Assembly (NCBI RefSeq): GCF_009914755.1
Contig: NC_060926.1
Strand: one strand, 5' to 3'
DNA: 64,000 bases
Source of the DNA: the human T2T-CHM13v2.0 reference genome, Homo sapiens
Under the pieces are notes generated by a model that was given only the letters and a program-made list of their open reading frames with translations, was not told the DNA's origin and did not search any database. A program made the position numbers and the translations under genes. Below are positions 46,658-61,029 of this stretch, piece after piece; within the stretch, counting starts at the first letter, position 1, and each line of letters starts with the position of its first letter.

Positions 46658-47097
46658 ATATTTAATAACAATAACCTAAACTTCCATGTTAGGAGACTAG
46701 AAAAAGAAGGGCAATTTAAGCCTAAAGCAAGCAGAAGAAAAGAAATAAAAAAATGGAATGGAAATTAATAAAATTGAGAACAAAATTAGAGAAAATCAAT
46801 AAAACCCAAAATGGGTTCTTGTAAAGATTAGTACAATTGATATACTTCAAGCCAGATTAACCAAGAAAAAAGAGAGAACATATAAATTACCAATATCAGA
46901 AATAAAAGAGTTATCATCATTAGTAATTCCATAGATACTAGGATAATAAAAGAATAAAACGGATGCCTTCATTTCTACAAAATTGAAAACAGGTTAAATG
47001 GGTGAATTCCATGAAAGACACAAAGTATCAAAACTTAAAAAGGAGATAATCCAATAGCTCTGAATTTGCTAAAGATAAAAAATAAGTAATAATAATG

Positions 47098-47357
47098 ATT
47101 ACTTTTCTAATCCTGCTGTAATGTTTCCAGAAACTTAGTGGCATAAAGCAACATATATGTGTTCCCTTACCATTGTAGATGTCAGAAGTTTAAAATGATT
47201 CTTCAAAGCTGCCTTCCTTCTTGAGTTTAGAGGGGACACCACAGGGGAGATCCTGTTTTTTTGTCTTTTTCAATTTTCAAAAGCAGCCTGCGTTCCTTGG
47301 CTTACGGCCACTCCCTTCATCTTCAAAGCTAGCATGGTAGCAGAGTTTTCTCCTCTC
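47098..47357 (-). mobile_element. MLT1D-like LTR, 3' half
   Basis: AAACTTAGTGGCATAAAGCAACA...GCCTGCGTTCCTTGGCTTACGGCC...TCATCTTCAAAGC. Confidence 0.75.
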
Positions 47358-47698
47358 CAGCAAATTTGTAATACAAGGGAACTCCCTTAATTTGATAAAG
47401 AACAGCCACACAAAAAAACCTACAGCTAATGTCATACTTACTAGTATGAAACTGGATACTTTCCAACTAAGATTTGAACAAGGTGGGATATTCTCTCTAG
47501 CCACTTTTGTTCAGCATTGTCTTGTTATTACTGGCTAGTACAGTAGATAATAAAAAAGTATACAGGTTGGTAAGGAAAAAATAAAACTATTTTTTGCATA
47601 TAACATGATATCTATATATAAAATCCCAAAGGACTGACAAGAGCAAAACTCTTCTACAAGCTGCAAGGGAATAGGACAAGGTCACAGGATACAAGATT

Positions 47699-47990
47699 TG
47701 ATAGACATAATAATGGTTGCCCAGTGATGCCTATGTCCTAATCCCTAAAACCTGTTATGTTCTGTTAAATGACAAAAGGGACATTGAAGATGTTATGCAT
47801 TTAACAATTTTGAGACAGGAAAATTATACTGGTTTATCTGAATGGGAACAATGCAGTCACAAAGGTCCATATGAGGAGGCAGGAGGTTCAGTTCGAGATG
47901 GCAACATGATGATAGAAGCAGAAATTACAGAGCAGGAGAGAAAATTGAATGTTTCACTGCTGGCTTTAAACACAGTGGATGGGGCCACAC
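47699..47990 (+). mobile_element. MLT1D-like LTR, 5' half
   Basis: ATGTCCTAATCCCTAAAACCTG...CAAAAGGGACATTGAAGATG...CTGCTGGCTTT. Confidence 0.75.
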
Positions 47991-48038
47991 AACAGCAATA
48001 AACATCTGCATTTTGAAAATTTTTATATGCCAGGTATA

Positions 48039-48058
48039 ACACACACACACACACACAC
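48039..48058. repeat. (AC)n microsatellite
   Basis: Seen directly. Confidence 0.9.
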
Positions 48059-51000
48059 GAAATCTAATAAAATATGTCCACAGTGTATATGTTGGAAACT
48101 TGAGAACTCTAGTAAAAGAGCCAAAGTGGTTCTAAATAAACGGAGATACATTCCATATTCATGGAATAGAATAGCCAATATTGCTAAGATGCCAATTCTT
48201 CCAAACTTGACCAATAGACTTAACACAATCCTCCTCAAAATCCTTGCAAACTGTTGTGTAAATATTAGCAAAATATTTATAAAGTCTATATGGAAAGGCA
48301 AAAGATCAAGAATGGACAAAAACTTTGAGAAGCTGGGCTTTATTAAAATTGAAAACTGCTCTATGAGATACTGATGAAAAAATCGAGACAAACCACAAAG
48401 AGGTATAAAATATTTCAAAACATATATCTGATAAAGGATTCATATCCCAAATAAAAAAATAACTATTAAAACTCAGGAATAAGAAGACAAACCTCAAATT
48501 TATAAAATTGTACAGAAGACCAGAACTGGCAGCTTACCTTGGAGGAGATGCAAATGGCAAATAGCATGTGAAGGAATGCTGAATATTATACATCATTAAA
48601 GAAATACATGTTAAATCAACAATGAGATACTATTACACACCTATTAGAATGATTTTAATTCAAATCTGTTACAATATATCCTGCTGGTGAAGATGTAGCA
48701 AAATAAAATATCATTCAGTGTTGGTCAGAGTGCAAAATTATACAGTCATTTTGGAAGATAGTTCTGGCAGTTTCGTACAACAACAAAGGTATAATTATAT
48801 GATCCAGAAATCATGTTCCTAAATGTTTACCCAACTGATTTAATGATTTATGTCCACACAAAAACCTGCACACAAACATTTATAAGAGCTTTATTTATAA
48901 TAACCAAAACCTACAAAAAAAAACAAGTTATCTTTCAATAGGTGATTGGGTCAATGGATATATTGTATGATATAACCACACAATAGACTCTGATACAGTG
49001 ATAGAAAGAAATTATGTACAAGCCCTAGAAAGAACTGGATGAGCTAAATACATAATGCTAAGTTAAAGTCAGTTCCTAAAGGCTACATATTCAATGAATA
49101 AAAATACTTATTATTGACAATCTTAATAAAGGCACACTACATAGACAATGAAAATATTAGTTATTGTCAGAGCTTCAGCAGAAGGGAAAAAAGGTTGAAT
49201 AGGTGAAGCAGAAGGGAAATTTGAGGATGGTGAAACAATCTCTTAATATCCTACAATAGTAGATACATGACACCTCACATTTGACAGAACCTGTTGAACT
49301 TTATAACACAGTGAAACATAATGTATGCCTATATTTACAACAATCATTTAAGGAGTTAATGGAATCCAAGGATGAAACTCAGAATACAGAAAACAATCTG
49401 ACAGTATTACAAATGTCTAAACCACCCCACCAAAAAAAAAAAAAATGTGGTTGGAGAAAAGTGCTGACTTAAGTAACTTTTGAAATGAGTGACATTTGTA
49501 GAACTAAAGATCAAAGAAACTGTACATAACCCTGTACTCTAATTGATAAAGTTACATCCCATGGGGGTATGAGTTAACAATTCTGGTAATTGTATACATT
49601 TATTCTGGAAATGAACAATAAGTTAAACAGTTTGCAGATGGTGGGAACCAGTTTTCTTACTCTTTGAGTGGGAGTTGCAGATAAGCAAGTGGAGGAGGCA
49701 AAAATGATCTATGTGATAATGGATTGTAGTTGGAGACGTTACTATGAACTCAAAATAACTTAATGTAGATACAGATGGTTTTACAGAGAAATGGTCATAA
49801 GTGTGTCTATATATAAGTTAGTATACATGGATATATTTCATTTTTCAGTCAGCTGAAACGGCCTAGAAACACCACCACAACAGCAATGAAAACATTTAAT
49901 TCCCAGACATTCGTGTCTAATGCTATTTGCAATAAAAGGAATCAGCTTTTATTAAAAATGGCTGATTGCAAGATTGAGGCAGAAAATATACAGGATAAGT
50001 CTGGAGGATCTTTAAGTAAGATAAACACAAGAAAATAAATACTCAAAAAAAAAACACAAACAAAATAAAACCACAAAAACACAATGATGGGGAAATATCA
50101 AAGGGATATAGGAGTCAAATGAAAAAGCTCATAATAACCAAAGCTGAAATAATTTGTGCAACAAAATATAGTATTTTATATTATTATATTTCTCAATATT
50201 ACATAAAATATTAAATAAATATTCAAGAGTTCTCATACAAACATTATTGAATAAAAGTGGAGAAGAATTAGCAGATTTTCTGTGAAGAATAAAATTAATT
50301 TCTATAGATACCCATCCTCAAATAGGCAGAACATAATTCCTTCTTCATTAAATCTGACTTCTTTCCAAAATGGACAACATTGAAAAGAGTAAATTTACTG
50401 TGTAGAAACATGAGAACACTAACTCAGTGAGGGAATCAGGTCAACATCAATAGTGATAAAGAATGTTTATACTATATATCCTTGATATGATGTGAAGGAA
50501 ATGGTATCTTATATCTGTAGTCTTCCTTCCCCAAACCTATAACTCCAGTGTAATCATGGAAAATAAAGCCATGTAAATCTCAATATAAGGATGTTCTGCA
50601 AAATATCTAAACAATACTCCTCAAAACTGTCAAGGTAATTAAAGACAAGATAAGTTTGAGAAACTGTCACAGCCAGAAAGGGCCTAAGGAGACATGATGA
50701 CTGAATGGAATGTAATAGCCTGGATGTAATCTTATAGTAGAAAAAAGACATTAAGCTAAAAACTAAGGAAATCTGATAAGGTATTGACTTTAGTAATGAT
50801 AATGTATTGATATCTGTTTATTAATTGTGAAAAATATGTTATTCATCCTAGTGTAAGATGGTAATAATAGGGGAAGAGAGTATGACATATGTGGAAATTA
50901 TACCTGTCATCCAGCATTCTGGTTCAGTAATTGTCTCTGTGTCAATTAGCCAATTAATCTTGAATTTTTTTTCATTTGTTAAATAAGAAAAAAACATCCA

Positions 51001-52008
51001 GAAATCTAGAATTATTACATTTTTCTTTTAGGTTCTTTATTTTTTCATTAATACAACAGATAATTATTTAATGTCACCTGCTTGCAAAACATTATTCCTG
51101 ACATTATTTCATAGCAGTAAACTAAGCAGATAACGATACTTTCTCAGAGAAGTTAGAGTTTATTGAGAAATAGATATTAAATAATTAGCTACAAATGTGG
51201 TTATTTGAAAACAATTTTAAGCACTAAAAAAGAGGTATAAATTGTGTACATGTGACTAGATAAGTGAAATGTAATTGGATTGATGTTCTGTAATGAGGTG
51301 GAAGTAGACTAAAAGACATTGGGCTATATCATGCTAGGTTATAAAAGTATGCCAAGAAGGTGGCCACTTTCTTAAAGGCAATAAGAAACTATGTACATAC
51401 TTAATGGTAGGAAGAGTTGACATGAAAGATTTGCATTTTTGTAAAATGACAGGAATGAACGTAGAAAGACAACTTTGGAGAAGATGGTACCAATATAGAT
51501 ATAAAATCACGATTTTTATTACAACAAAACATTGGTGATAGTGACTAGGGTGTTTGCCTTAAATCAGACTACCTACTCTTCTACCTACGTTATCTCTTCT
51601 GATGTGGAGCAATTTGATGATATGTCTTACCCCATGTTTAGCAATCTTATAGAGAAAATACCAAGAGTTTCTGGGACTTAGCTTCTCATGAAATGATGGA
51701 ATAATCCATTATGTTTTAAATGGATATTTTAAAATAAGTAACAGAAAAGATTAGTTGATTTAAGAAAACTCAACATTTTTGGTAGCATTCAGAAGATATT
51801 CACGGATTCAAATTTTAATAAAAGCTTATTCAACAACTCAAAAAAGAGGGGTAGATATATTTGGAAGATGTGAAAGAAATCAAAATAAGGGAATATAAAA
51901 GGACTGCTGCAGAACTAACATATTGCCTTATATGCCCATTTTTTTAATGCCCACTTAAAAGTTAGGCAAACTGCTCACACATGTCCATCACTGTGCTTCT
52001 TGCCTGAC

Positions 52009-52800
52009 TTTTTTTTTTTAAAGACTATTTTTAGAGGAGTTTTAGGTTCACAGCAAAATTGACTGGAAGGTACAGATATTTCCCATATACCTTTGTCCCC
52101 TTCACATGCACAGCCTCCCCCAATATCAACGTTCTCCATCAGGTGGTACAATTGATGAACTTACAATGACACATCATTATCCAAAGTTTACAGTACACAT
52201 CAGGTATCACTCTTGTTGTTGTACATGCTATAGGTTTGAACAAACTTATAATGACATGTATCCACTACTATACTATCATATAGAATAGTTTCACTGCCCT
52301 ATAAATCCTCTTTGCTCTGTCCATTATCCCTCCCTCCCCCATAACCCCTGAAAACTACTGAGCTTTTTATTGTTTCCATAGCTTTGCTTTTTTTCAGAAT
52401 GTCACAAAGTTGGAATCATACAATATGTACAATATGACACATTTTCAGATTGGTTTCTGTCATTAGTAATTAATATACATTTGTTCTATGTAGATTTTTT
52501 TATGGCTTGATAGTTCATTTCTTTCAATTTCTTTCAATTGCTGAATAATATTCCATTGATTTGATGTCTCATAGTTATTTATCCCATTCACTTACTGAGG
52601 GACGTCTTGGTTGCCTCTAAGTTTTAGCAAAATTATTTTAAATCCTCTATAACATCCATGTGTAGGTTTTGTATGCACATAAGTTTTTAACTCTCTTATG
52701 TAAATACCAAGAAGCATGATTACTAGTGATATGGCAGGAATAGGTTTTGTTTTAAAAGAAACGACCACACTGTATTCCAAAGTAGCTATACCATCTTGCC
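52009..52800 (-). mobile_element. L1MC1/2-like 3' end
   Basis: T-run followed by GTTTTAGGTTCACAGCAAAATTGA...GGTACAGATATTTCCCATATAC...CATGCACAGCCTCCCCC. Confidence 0.85.
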
Positions 52801-53114
52801 TGGCTTTTTCAAAAGCTAACAGAACAAAATTTCGGGGAAAATATAACTAATTTTCAGTAAAAAAGATGAAGTTAACAACAAAGTAATGAAAAAATTAAAA
52901 CAATTTAATTAAAATATTAACAAAAATGTGATAATTTTAAATTATTAACAAGAAAAGCCAAATATGAAAACAAAAAGAAAGTGCCATAAAAGAGAAATGA
53001 AACAAAAGAAGGTAAGAACAATTAAAATATAACTTTCAGTTAAAACCAACAACTAAGAGCATACAAATAAAACATGGAAATATTATTAAAATGAAATGAA
53101 ATGAAATGTAAACT

Positions 53115-53698
53115 CTGATAGCAGCTTCTAAGCTGACTCTCGGCGTTCTCCATCTCCAGGAACTCATGCCCTTGTGCAATTTCTTCCTGTAGAGTGTGGA
53201 CTAGACATACTGACTTGCCTCTCATGAAAAATAAAAAAAATATGGCAGAAGGGATGGGATGTCACTTCAAAATCAAGCTATAAAAGACTGTGACATCTGT
53301 CTTGCTGGCACTCCTTCTTTCTCTCTCTTGCTGGCTCTTCTGGCTTCGTAACACTGAGGAAGCAAGTTCCAGTGTTGTGAGTTGTCCTATGGAGATACCC
53401 ATGAGGCAAGAATGTGAGAGTAGCCTCCAGCCAAACGCTACTAAAGGACACCCAGTCCAAAGGCTTGAAGATACTGAATCCTGATGGCAGCCACATAAGC
53501 AAGTTGGGAAGTGGATTCTCCCCAAGAAAGCCTTGAAATTACTTCAGCACAGGATGACACCTTGTGAAAGATCCTGAGCCATAAGCCTTAACTAAACTGT
53601 ACCCGGATTCCTGACCACAGAAACAGACATAATAAATAGTATTGTTTAAACAATTCAGCTTTGAGTCATTTTTTTTTACCTTACCATAGTAACTAATA
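53115..53698 (+). mobile_element. MLT1F-like LTR
   Basis: CATGCCCTTGTG, GATGGGATGTCACTTC, CCCGGATTCCTGACCACAGAAAC...AATAAA...AACTAATA. Confidence 0.82.
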
Positions 53699-54019
53699 TG
53701 TAAATTAAAAAGGTAAGGCATTTATTTTTAAAATTCAAAAGACATTTTTTCTAAACTCACTAACTTAACACTATTATGCAATTAAAATCTGGCCTCTTAA
53801 AACTAAGCTATGTACAGTGACTTTCTGAAACCCAAATATTCACATATTTATCCTTTCATGGCTTTGATTTTCAATGGACTTTTTCAAGCAGTACATTCTA
53901 ATAATGAATGATCTAAACACATACAACCCTTGGCCTTGCCCCTTTAGCTCACAGCAGTTCTGTGTTTGACATTCTTCCTTTTGTAGGGGGCTGCATTGAT
54001 TCTAGGCTTATTGATTCTG

Positions 54020-54482
54020 GGTGCCCTTGAAAATATTTAAACCAACAGAATATGGTTGAACTAAGATTTTATGACTTTCAAGGCCAATGTTACAAGGTCA
54101 TGTAGCTTCTACCTGATTGATTCTCTTGTGATGTTCTTTCTAGGAAATGCTATTAACCATCTAAGAATGCCGACTACCATGAGATCACCAAGCTGGAGAG
54201 GCCACGTGTAGATGAACTATTAAATAGCTCCAATTGAGTTCCCAGCTGTCATCTAGCCTCAGCTGCCAGCCACTTGAGTGGGCCATCTTGGAGGCCAGCC
54301 CACTTGGGCTTTCAGATAACTGTAGCCTCATCCAACATCTGAAACATGAAAGTCCAAGTAAGAACCACCCAGTCAATCCAATCCAGGATTCCTCACTCAC
54401 CAAATAGTGAGCAAGATAAAATAGTTGTTTTCAGCTGCTAAATTTTGAGGTGATTTGTTTTGCCACAATAGTAATCTGAACA
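54020..54482 (+). mobile_element. MLT1G/H-like LTR
   Basis: ACCAACAGAATATGG, GGAGAGGCCACGTG, and a GCTAAATTTTGAGGTGATTTGTT...AATAGTAATCTGAACA end. Confidence 0.75.
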
Positions 54483-55006
54483 AGTGGCATGTTCTAACAG
54501 CTTTTATATCACTGTGGATAAAATTTGTCTTTAACTCAAGCTGTTCCAGTTACTTTTTCTCCATGATTCCTACTGTATAAGGTGATGCACTCAATAGAGA
54601 ACCTTATTTTATAAGAAAATTTGCAGAATATTTCCTTTCTAAAATTGACAGAGCTCACTTTTGATAAAAACTTTCAACTGTCATCATGCTGAATCCATAT
54701 TTAGATGAGGTGAATCAAAGCTTATTTTTTGGTTAGTGACACATAACTTCAGAAGTGTGTCTTATCTAATTACAATTTTATCTTTATTCTCTACATATAG
54801 CTGTTCCACAATTAATTACAATTTCTCTCTGCATTATTATAATTTTGCTGTTTCTTGCCATACCAATACAAGCCCTTTTTCATATTTTAAAATAGCCTCA
54901 TGCTTTAAAATGACAAAGACCCTGACAAGGTGTTCCTACATGGATGTTGAATGCACTATATTGTACAACTATAAATTTTCTTTAGGAAGTACAAAAGTAG
55001 ATCAGG

Positions 55007-55173
55007 TTGACTGGAAAGGGTCATGAGATTTTTTTTTTTTTTTTGACTGATATGGAAGTTCTATATCTTGATTAGGGTGGTGGTTCCACAGTTGTATAAA
55101 ATTTCAAAAATATTTTAACTGTACACTTAAGGTTGGTATATTTTATTATACATAAATTGTGACCTAATAAAAA
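55007..55173 (+). mobile_element. Old L1M 3'-terminal fragment
   Basis: GTTCTATATCTTGATTAGGGTGGTGGTT...AACTGTACACTTAA...AATAAA. Confidence 0.7.
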
Positions 55174-55543
55174 CAATATAACCTCCAGAAAAAATTATGA
55201 TAATTTTGAATATAAATTATAATTATAATATAAAATTATAATAAGTTCTTGCTTTGATGTATTTATCAATTTAACTTCTACTGAGGTTTCTCTGTGTATT
55301 GCTTCAGGCAGGTTGTAAACAAGTGGCACTTTGAAAAAGGATAATTAGATAATATAAAAAATATCTTATCTACAAATGTATGGATATAAATGTGTGCAAT
55401 TTCCAGAAATCTATAGACGTGGTTAAGAAAAGCAACAAGGTTAGTGATTCTTCCAACCTCACTACCAATCCCAGGGTTTAGCAATAGTTAAACATTTTAG
55501 CACCATTTAGGAAAAAAGGGTCAAAGAGATGGAGAGATTGAAA

Positions 55544-55879
<336 letters not shown>

Positions 55880-56266
55880 CTAACTGGGGATATATCCATG
55901 CATTGTTAATAAAAGTCAGAAGGAAACAGACATTGGCAACCTGTGATCAAAAGGATAATGATCACTTGAATAGGAAGATTTTATTCTCTTTTCAGGTTCC
56001 TAGTCTTTGCTTTCCGTTGATCACAGTCAACCAGAAGACAGAGCATGTGGTAGCCTGTCTTCATGATGAATGTCATTAAGCTGTTTACCTTTTTTCTTTT
56101 AATTACTCCATCAACAGGTGGAGTCTATCCCTGCCATTCTTTTGAATCTGCACTGGTGTTAGTGGCTTGTTTCACCAATAGAATGCCCTAGAAATAACTT
56201 CCTGAGACTTTTAAGGATAGATCATAAAAAGTATTGCAGCCCTCTCTTGGTGTAATTTTTCTTTTT

Positions 56267-56398
56267 ATTTGTTTGTTTATTGTAGAGTTGGGGTCCCACT
56301 ATGTTGCCCGGCTGGCCTCAAACTCCAGGGTTCAAGCAATCATACTACCTCAACCTCCTGTGTAGCTGGGAACATAGGCATGTGCCACTGTCCTGAGC
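56267..56398 (-). mobile_element. FLAM (FLAM_A-like) monomer
   Basis: CACTATGTTGCCCGGCTGG...GTAGCTGGGAACATAGGCATGTGCCAC; TSD AATTTTTCTTTTT on both sides. Confidence 0.85.
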
Positions 56399-56675
56399 AA
56401 TTTTTCTTTTTGGGATAAAGGGGGAATTTGTTTTCTGTTATCTCCAACAGGGACATAAGATTATATAACTTTAAACTAATCGTTCAACATAGCCTTACGA
56501 ATCTAAAAGAGTTGCATTCGAATCTTAGCTCTTGAATTAATTGTGTGGTTAATGGGAAATTTATCTAAAATTTGGGGGTCCCATATTTCTTTCTGGTGAA
56601 ATTAAGGTGATAATGATTATTTTGTAGGGTGATTCTACAGATAAACCAAATTTCTTATGTAGAAAATGGACATTA

Positions 56676-56995
56676 AGCCTGGGGACGGTGGCTCACACCT
56701 GTAATCCCAGCACTTTGGGAGGCCGAGGTGGGCAGACCGACTGAGGTCAGGAGATCGAGACCAGCCTGGCCAACATGGTGAAACACTGTCTCTACTAAAA
56801 ATATAAAAATTAGCTGGGCATGATGACCTATGCCTGTAATCCCAGCTACTCAGAGACTGAGGCAGAAGAATTGCTTGAACCCGGGAGGCAGAGGTTGCTG
56901 GGAGCTGAGCATGCCACTGTACTCCAGTCTGGGTGACAGAGCAAGACTCCATTAAAAAAGAAAAGAAAAGAAAAATGAAAAGAAAAGAAAATGAA
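56676..56995 (+). mobile_element. AluSx-like
   Basis: Dimeric Alu with a (GAAAA)n tail; TSD GGACATTA at 56668-56675 and 57093-57100. Confidence 0.94.
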
Positions 56996-57092
56996 GGCAA
57001 GGGAAGGGAAGGGAGGGGAGGAGAGGGGAGGCAGGGAAGGGGAATGGGAAGGGGAAGGGGAGGGGAAGGGAAGGGAAGGAAAGGGAAGGGAA
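56996..57092. repeat. (GGAAG)n/(GGGGA)n purine microsatellite
   Basis: Seen directly. Confidence 0.95.
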
Positions 57093-57119
57093 GGACATTA
57101 CTGAAAATTCACAAAATAG

Positions 57120-57523
57120 TTTCCTATGTGCTCATTTATGTTGCTAACAGAATTCATTTCCTTGTGGCCGTATAACTAGGAGCTCAGCTTCTTGGTGCCG
57201 GTTGCTTGGTGAACCCTCTCAGCTCCTAATATCAGCCTATAGTTCCTGAAAGCTGTTCATAGTTGCTTATCATTTTGGAAACTCCACATGACCACTTACT
57301 TCATTAAGCCAGCAAGGGAGTCTCTAAAGTGATTATTCTAACAAGACAAAGCCTAATGTAAAATAACTATGACAGTGATATCATATCACCTTCATCTTAT
57401 TCTATTATGTACAGGAAGTCATAGGTCTCACCCACATTCAACGGAAGGAGGAAGAATTTTACAAGACCATGAAGACCAAACCTTGGAATCATGGATGAGG
57501 GGCAACCTTAGGGTCCATCTATA
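57120..57523 (-). mobile_element. MLT1E/F-like LTR fragment
   Basis: CAGAATTCATTTCCTTGTGGC...TTCATTAAGCCAGCAAG...AAGTCATAGGTCTCACCCACATTCAA. Confidence 0.7.
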
Positions 57524-57902
57524 ATAGTTTTTAACCTTTTTGTCATTTTCATTCTGTTTGACTTTTGTCTGATTAATTGGTTTCTAAATCTACACAGACA
57601 CATACAAGAGGTCATTTTATATCTTGAGAGGAAATTGTATGCAGAATATTGAGGTTGTTTCTCCAGAGTCTCTTTTCTCTATGACATTGGTACCTTCATT
57701 CTGGCTCCCTTGGTAGCCCAGAAATCAGATTTGTCTACCCAGCCAAAGATGGCATTAGAGGTTGTAGGCTGCTCTATTCTGTTCATCCTCTATGCAACCA
57801 AGTGTGACTCTTCAGATTCTGACTGTGGTTCATGCTGCATAATGTCAAATGTCAAGACAGAAGGAGTGGTGTGTGCAGCCTCATCTTAAGCCATTTTTCT
57901 TC

Positions 57903-58385
57903 TGTGGTAGACAAAATACTGGATCCCCAAAGATATCCATTCCTTAATTTCTGAAACCTGTGAATGTGTTTCTTTACACGGCAAAAAAATACTTGCAGAT
58001 ATGAATAAATGAAGGACGTTGAGATGGGGAGACTGCCCTTCTGGAAGGGCTCGATGTAATCACACAGGATCTCCTAAGAGGAAGGAAGAGGTGTCAAAGA
58101 CTGAGAAGGAGAAATGAAGGCAGAGGCAGAGTTCGAAGTGATGTGATTGCTAAAGGTGATACCTGGCCAAGGAATGTGGGAAGCCTCTAGAAGCTTGAAA
58201 AGGTAAGGAAATGAACTCTCCCCTAGAGCTTTCATAAAGAAAGCAGCTCTGCCAACACTTTGATTTTAGCCTCTTAAGGCCCATTTTAGACTTCTGATAC
58301 CCAGATCTGTAATGTAGTAACTTCGTGTTGTTTTAAGCCCTTCATTTGTAGTAATTTGTTACAGCAGCACAAGAAAACAAACACA
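57903..58385 (+). mobile_element. MLT1C/D LTR, full length
   Basis: TGTGGTAGACAAAATA...CCAAGGAATGTGGGAAGCCTCTAGAAGC...TAATTTGTTACAGCAGC...ACA. Confidence 0.88.
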
Positions 58386-58679
58386 CACTCTTTCCAGGAT
58401 TCTGTCCCCTCAGTTCTTGCTCTTCTTCCTCTCTCTCTCTCTTGCTCTCTCTCTCATGTTTCTGTATTCAGATATTTAGTTATAATCAGTGAAATGTTAG
58501 TAAAATACCAGCTATTCCATCATACTGGAAGTAGAGGTTTGAAATAGACTTATAATCGTTACAAATTATGAATTCTATAATCTTTGCAATGTAAATCTCC
58601 TCACTTGATTCAGCTACAACATGAAGATAAAAATAGATTCCTTAATAGGTGACCCTGTGGATTATATGGATTTGAGTAT

Positions 58680-59186
58680 TGCATTAGCCAGGGTTTTCTC
58701 TAGAGAGAGAGAACAAATACGAAATATGAAAAGGTATTCACTAGAAGAACTGGCTCATGCAATTATGGAGGCTGAGAAGTCCCATGACAGGCTGTCTGCT
58801 AGCTGGAGACCCTGGGATGCAGTTAGTGTAATTCAGTTCAAGTCTGAAGGCCTGAAAATCTATGGGGGCTACTGGTGTGAGTCCTGGAGCCCAAATGCCA
58901 GAGAATCTGGAGTTCTGATGCCCAGGGACAAAAAAAAAAAGTGTAAATCAGCTCTAAGAGGGAGAGAGACCAGTTCCCTTTTGCTCTATTTTTATTCTGT
59001 GTCGACACCCAGCCAATTAGATGTTGTTTGCCTGCATGGATGGTATCTTCCAGACTTAGTACACTTGGACTCACATGCCAATCTCCTCCAGAAACGCCAT
59101 CACAGGCATACCTACAGATAATACTTTATCACTTCTCTAGATATTCTTTAATCCAGGCAAGTCGACATCTAAAATTAGCCATGACA
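58680..59186 (-). mobile_element. MLT2 (ERVL) LTR, MLT2B-like
   Basis: CTGGCTCATGCAATTATGGAGGCTGAGAAGTCCCA...CAAGTCGACATCTAAAATTAGCCATGACA; 5-bp TSD AGTAT at 58675-58679 and 59187-59191. Confidence 0.9.
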
Positions 59187-61029
59187 AGTATTAAACTATA
59201 AGAACCATATATTATAGAGATACAAATGTTGAGACATTCATTTTACGGTTGCATTCACCAGAAAAGTGACTCTCCTGTCTCAGAGTTTGAGAAATTAAAG
59301 CACATTCCTCAGCAAAATGAAAAATTTCTACCTAGTCGTTGATGTAAAAAAATTACTTGTAAGGAGGTGGAAACAAAACTGAGAAAAAAACTATGCAACA
59401 CAAAGAATGTCATAAAATATAATGGATCTTTATAACATCAAAAACTGATAACATGATTTGACTCTGCAATAATGTAAAGGATGTCATGGTGATAAATCTC
59501 TTTGGATAATGAATATTTTTCTACCTTGTATATACATATTTTCTTTGCAGTTTTCACTCTGTTTTGAATCATATTATGTAAAACCAAACATTATATGCTT
59601 CCTGAGGAAAAAGACAGTTATTTGAAACACACTAAATTATTGCCATATATATTCTAAGTTTTTGTATAAATGATGATTAAATTAAGTGAAACTGTAATAT
59701 TGTATGCATATAAAAAGTAGCAGTTTCAGCTATTGTAATGTCAACACTAAGGCAATTTTCATAGAACTGTACTTTGACATTAGTAATCCATGTAAGATGT
59801 ATATTAGAACCAGAATATTTGAATAATGAGAACATAATAGTCCCAGCCAATCCAGATAACAGAGAACTGCTTGTAACAAAGAATAATAAGTTTATAAGTA
59901 AACATGGAGTGAAGATGATTTCACTTAAAATTATGTGCACATGAAAAGATAAAATCCAAGATATAAACAAGCTGACATCTGAATAATATATCTGTAAAGT
60001 GCTTAAATAAGCCAGACAATTTTGAAGATATAAGTACAAAATAGTCAAGGTAAATTGTTAAAAATTGTAGAAAACACTCATACAACTAGTGTGAGGTGTA
60101 TTATTCCAATTATAGATCTCTCTACAAGGTCATTGTCATATGTTTTAATTAAAAATATACAAACTGATTTTTATTTATTATTATGACTATAGCTATTTTG
60201 CTTTTAATTCTACCTGAACAGGTGGGAAAAATCTTGAGCCTCATTGTGTTACCAACAAGGTTTAGTTTATGAACAAAAAATCTCTTCATAGGAGCTGTTG
60301 TTGCCTGGCAACATCTGGAGAAAGCTATCTATGGAGCTAGTGAAAACACCAAGTACAGCATTGTCTGTTAAGGGCCCATTATATTTTATATTTTCTGGAT
60401 AGGTTTGCAATGCAGCCTGTTTTCATAGCATAATTTCAAAATCTAGGCAACAATATTTTAATTATTAAATTTCAATAGGATTTAACTTCTCCTTAAAAGA
60501 TGCAGGGAGAGTATCCTCTGTAATTTTATTTAGCTCTCTTTAATTCTGTAAAATAATCTAAATATTAGTTTTTACAAATCCACTTTATGAAAATACCATT
60601 TGCATTGAAATTCAGAAAGCTTAAGAACCCAACTCAAGTTTTATGCATTGTCACAATAGAAAATAAAATAGAGATACCTTTTCAAAAGCATTTAAATCCT
60701 TAGAATTAGAAAGTCATGAGGGACCTTGAGAGATTAATTAACTCATCCTTTAGCCATCTGGTATTAATACATACGCTGTTCTATACAGATGAGAATTCAC
60801 CCTCTTTCCATGAAGAGAACACATAATCTCGTTTTAAAATCTACTTTAATAACATTCTTCACACAAAATTTTCATAGTAACATCTTATAATAACTAACCA
60901 CAAATCTAGAAATGCAAATTTGTTTTTGTGCTTCCACGTTCTTATTGCATATCATACACGACATTTGCCTCGAAGGCAAATGAAGGGCTTCATAGAAAAG
61001 AAATGTGGTGCGGCAGAGAGTATTTAAAA

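Noticed and set aside
55193-55245. AT-rich imperfect palindrome
   Set aside because: Low complexity makes self-complementarity likely by chance.
56635-57175. Alu-derived and Gly/Arg-rich ORFs, representative of all Alu-overlapping ORFs in the track
   Set aside because: Standard Alu and microsatellite translation artefacts.
58621-59121. 166-aa ATG-initiated ORF
   Set aside because: Lies almost entirely within the antisense strand of an MLT2 LTR and shows no recognisable domain.
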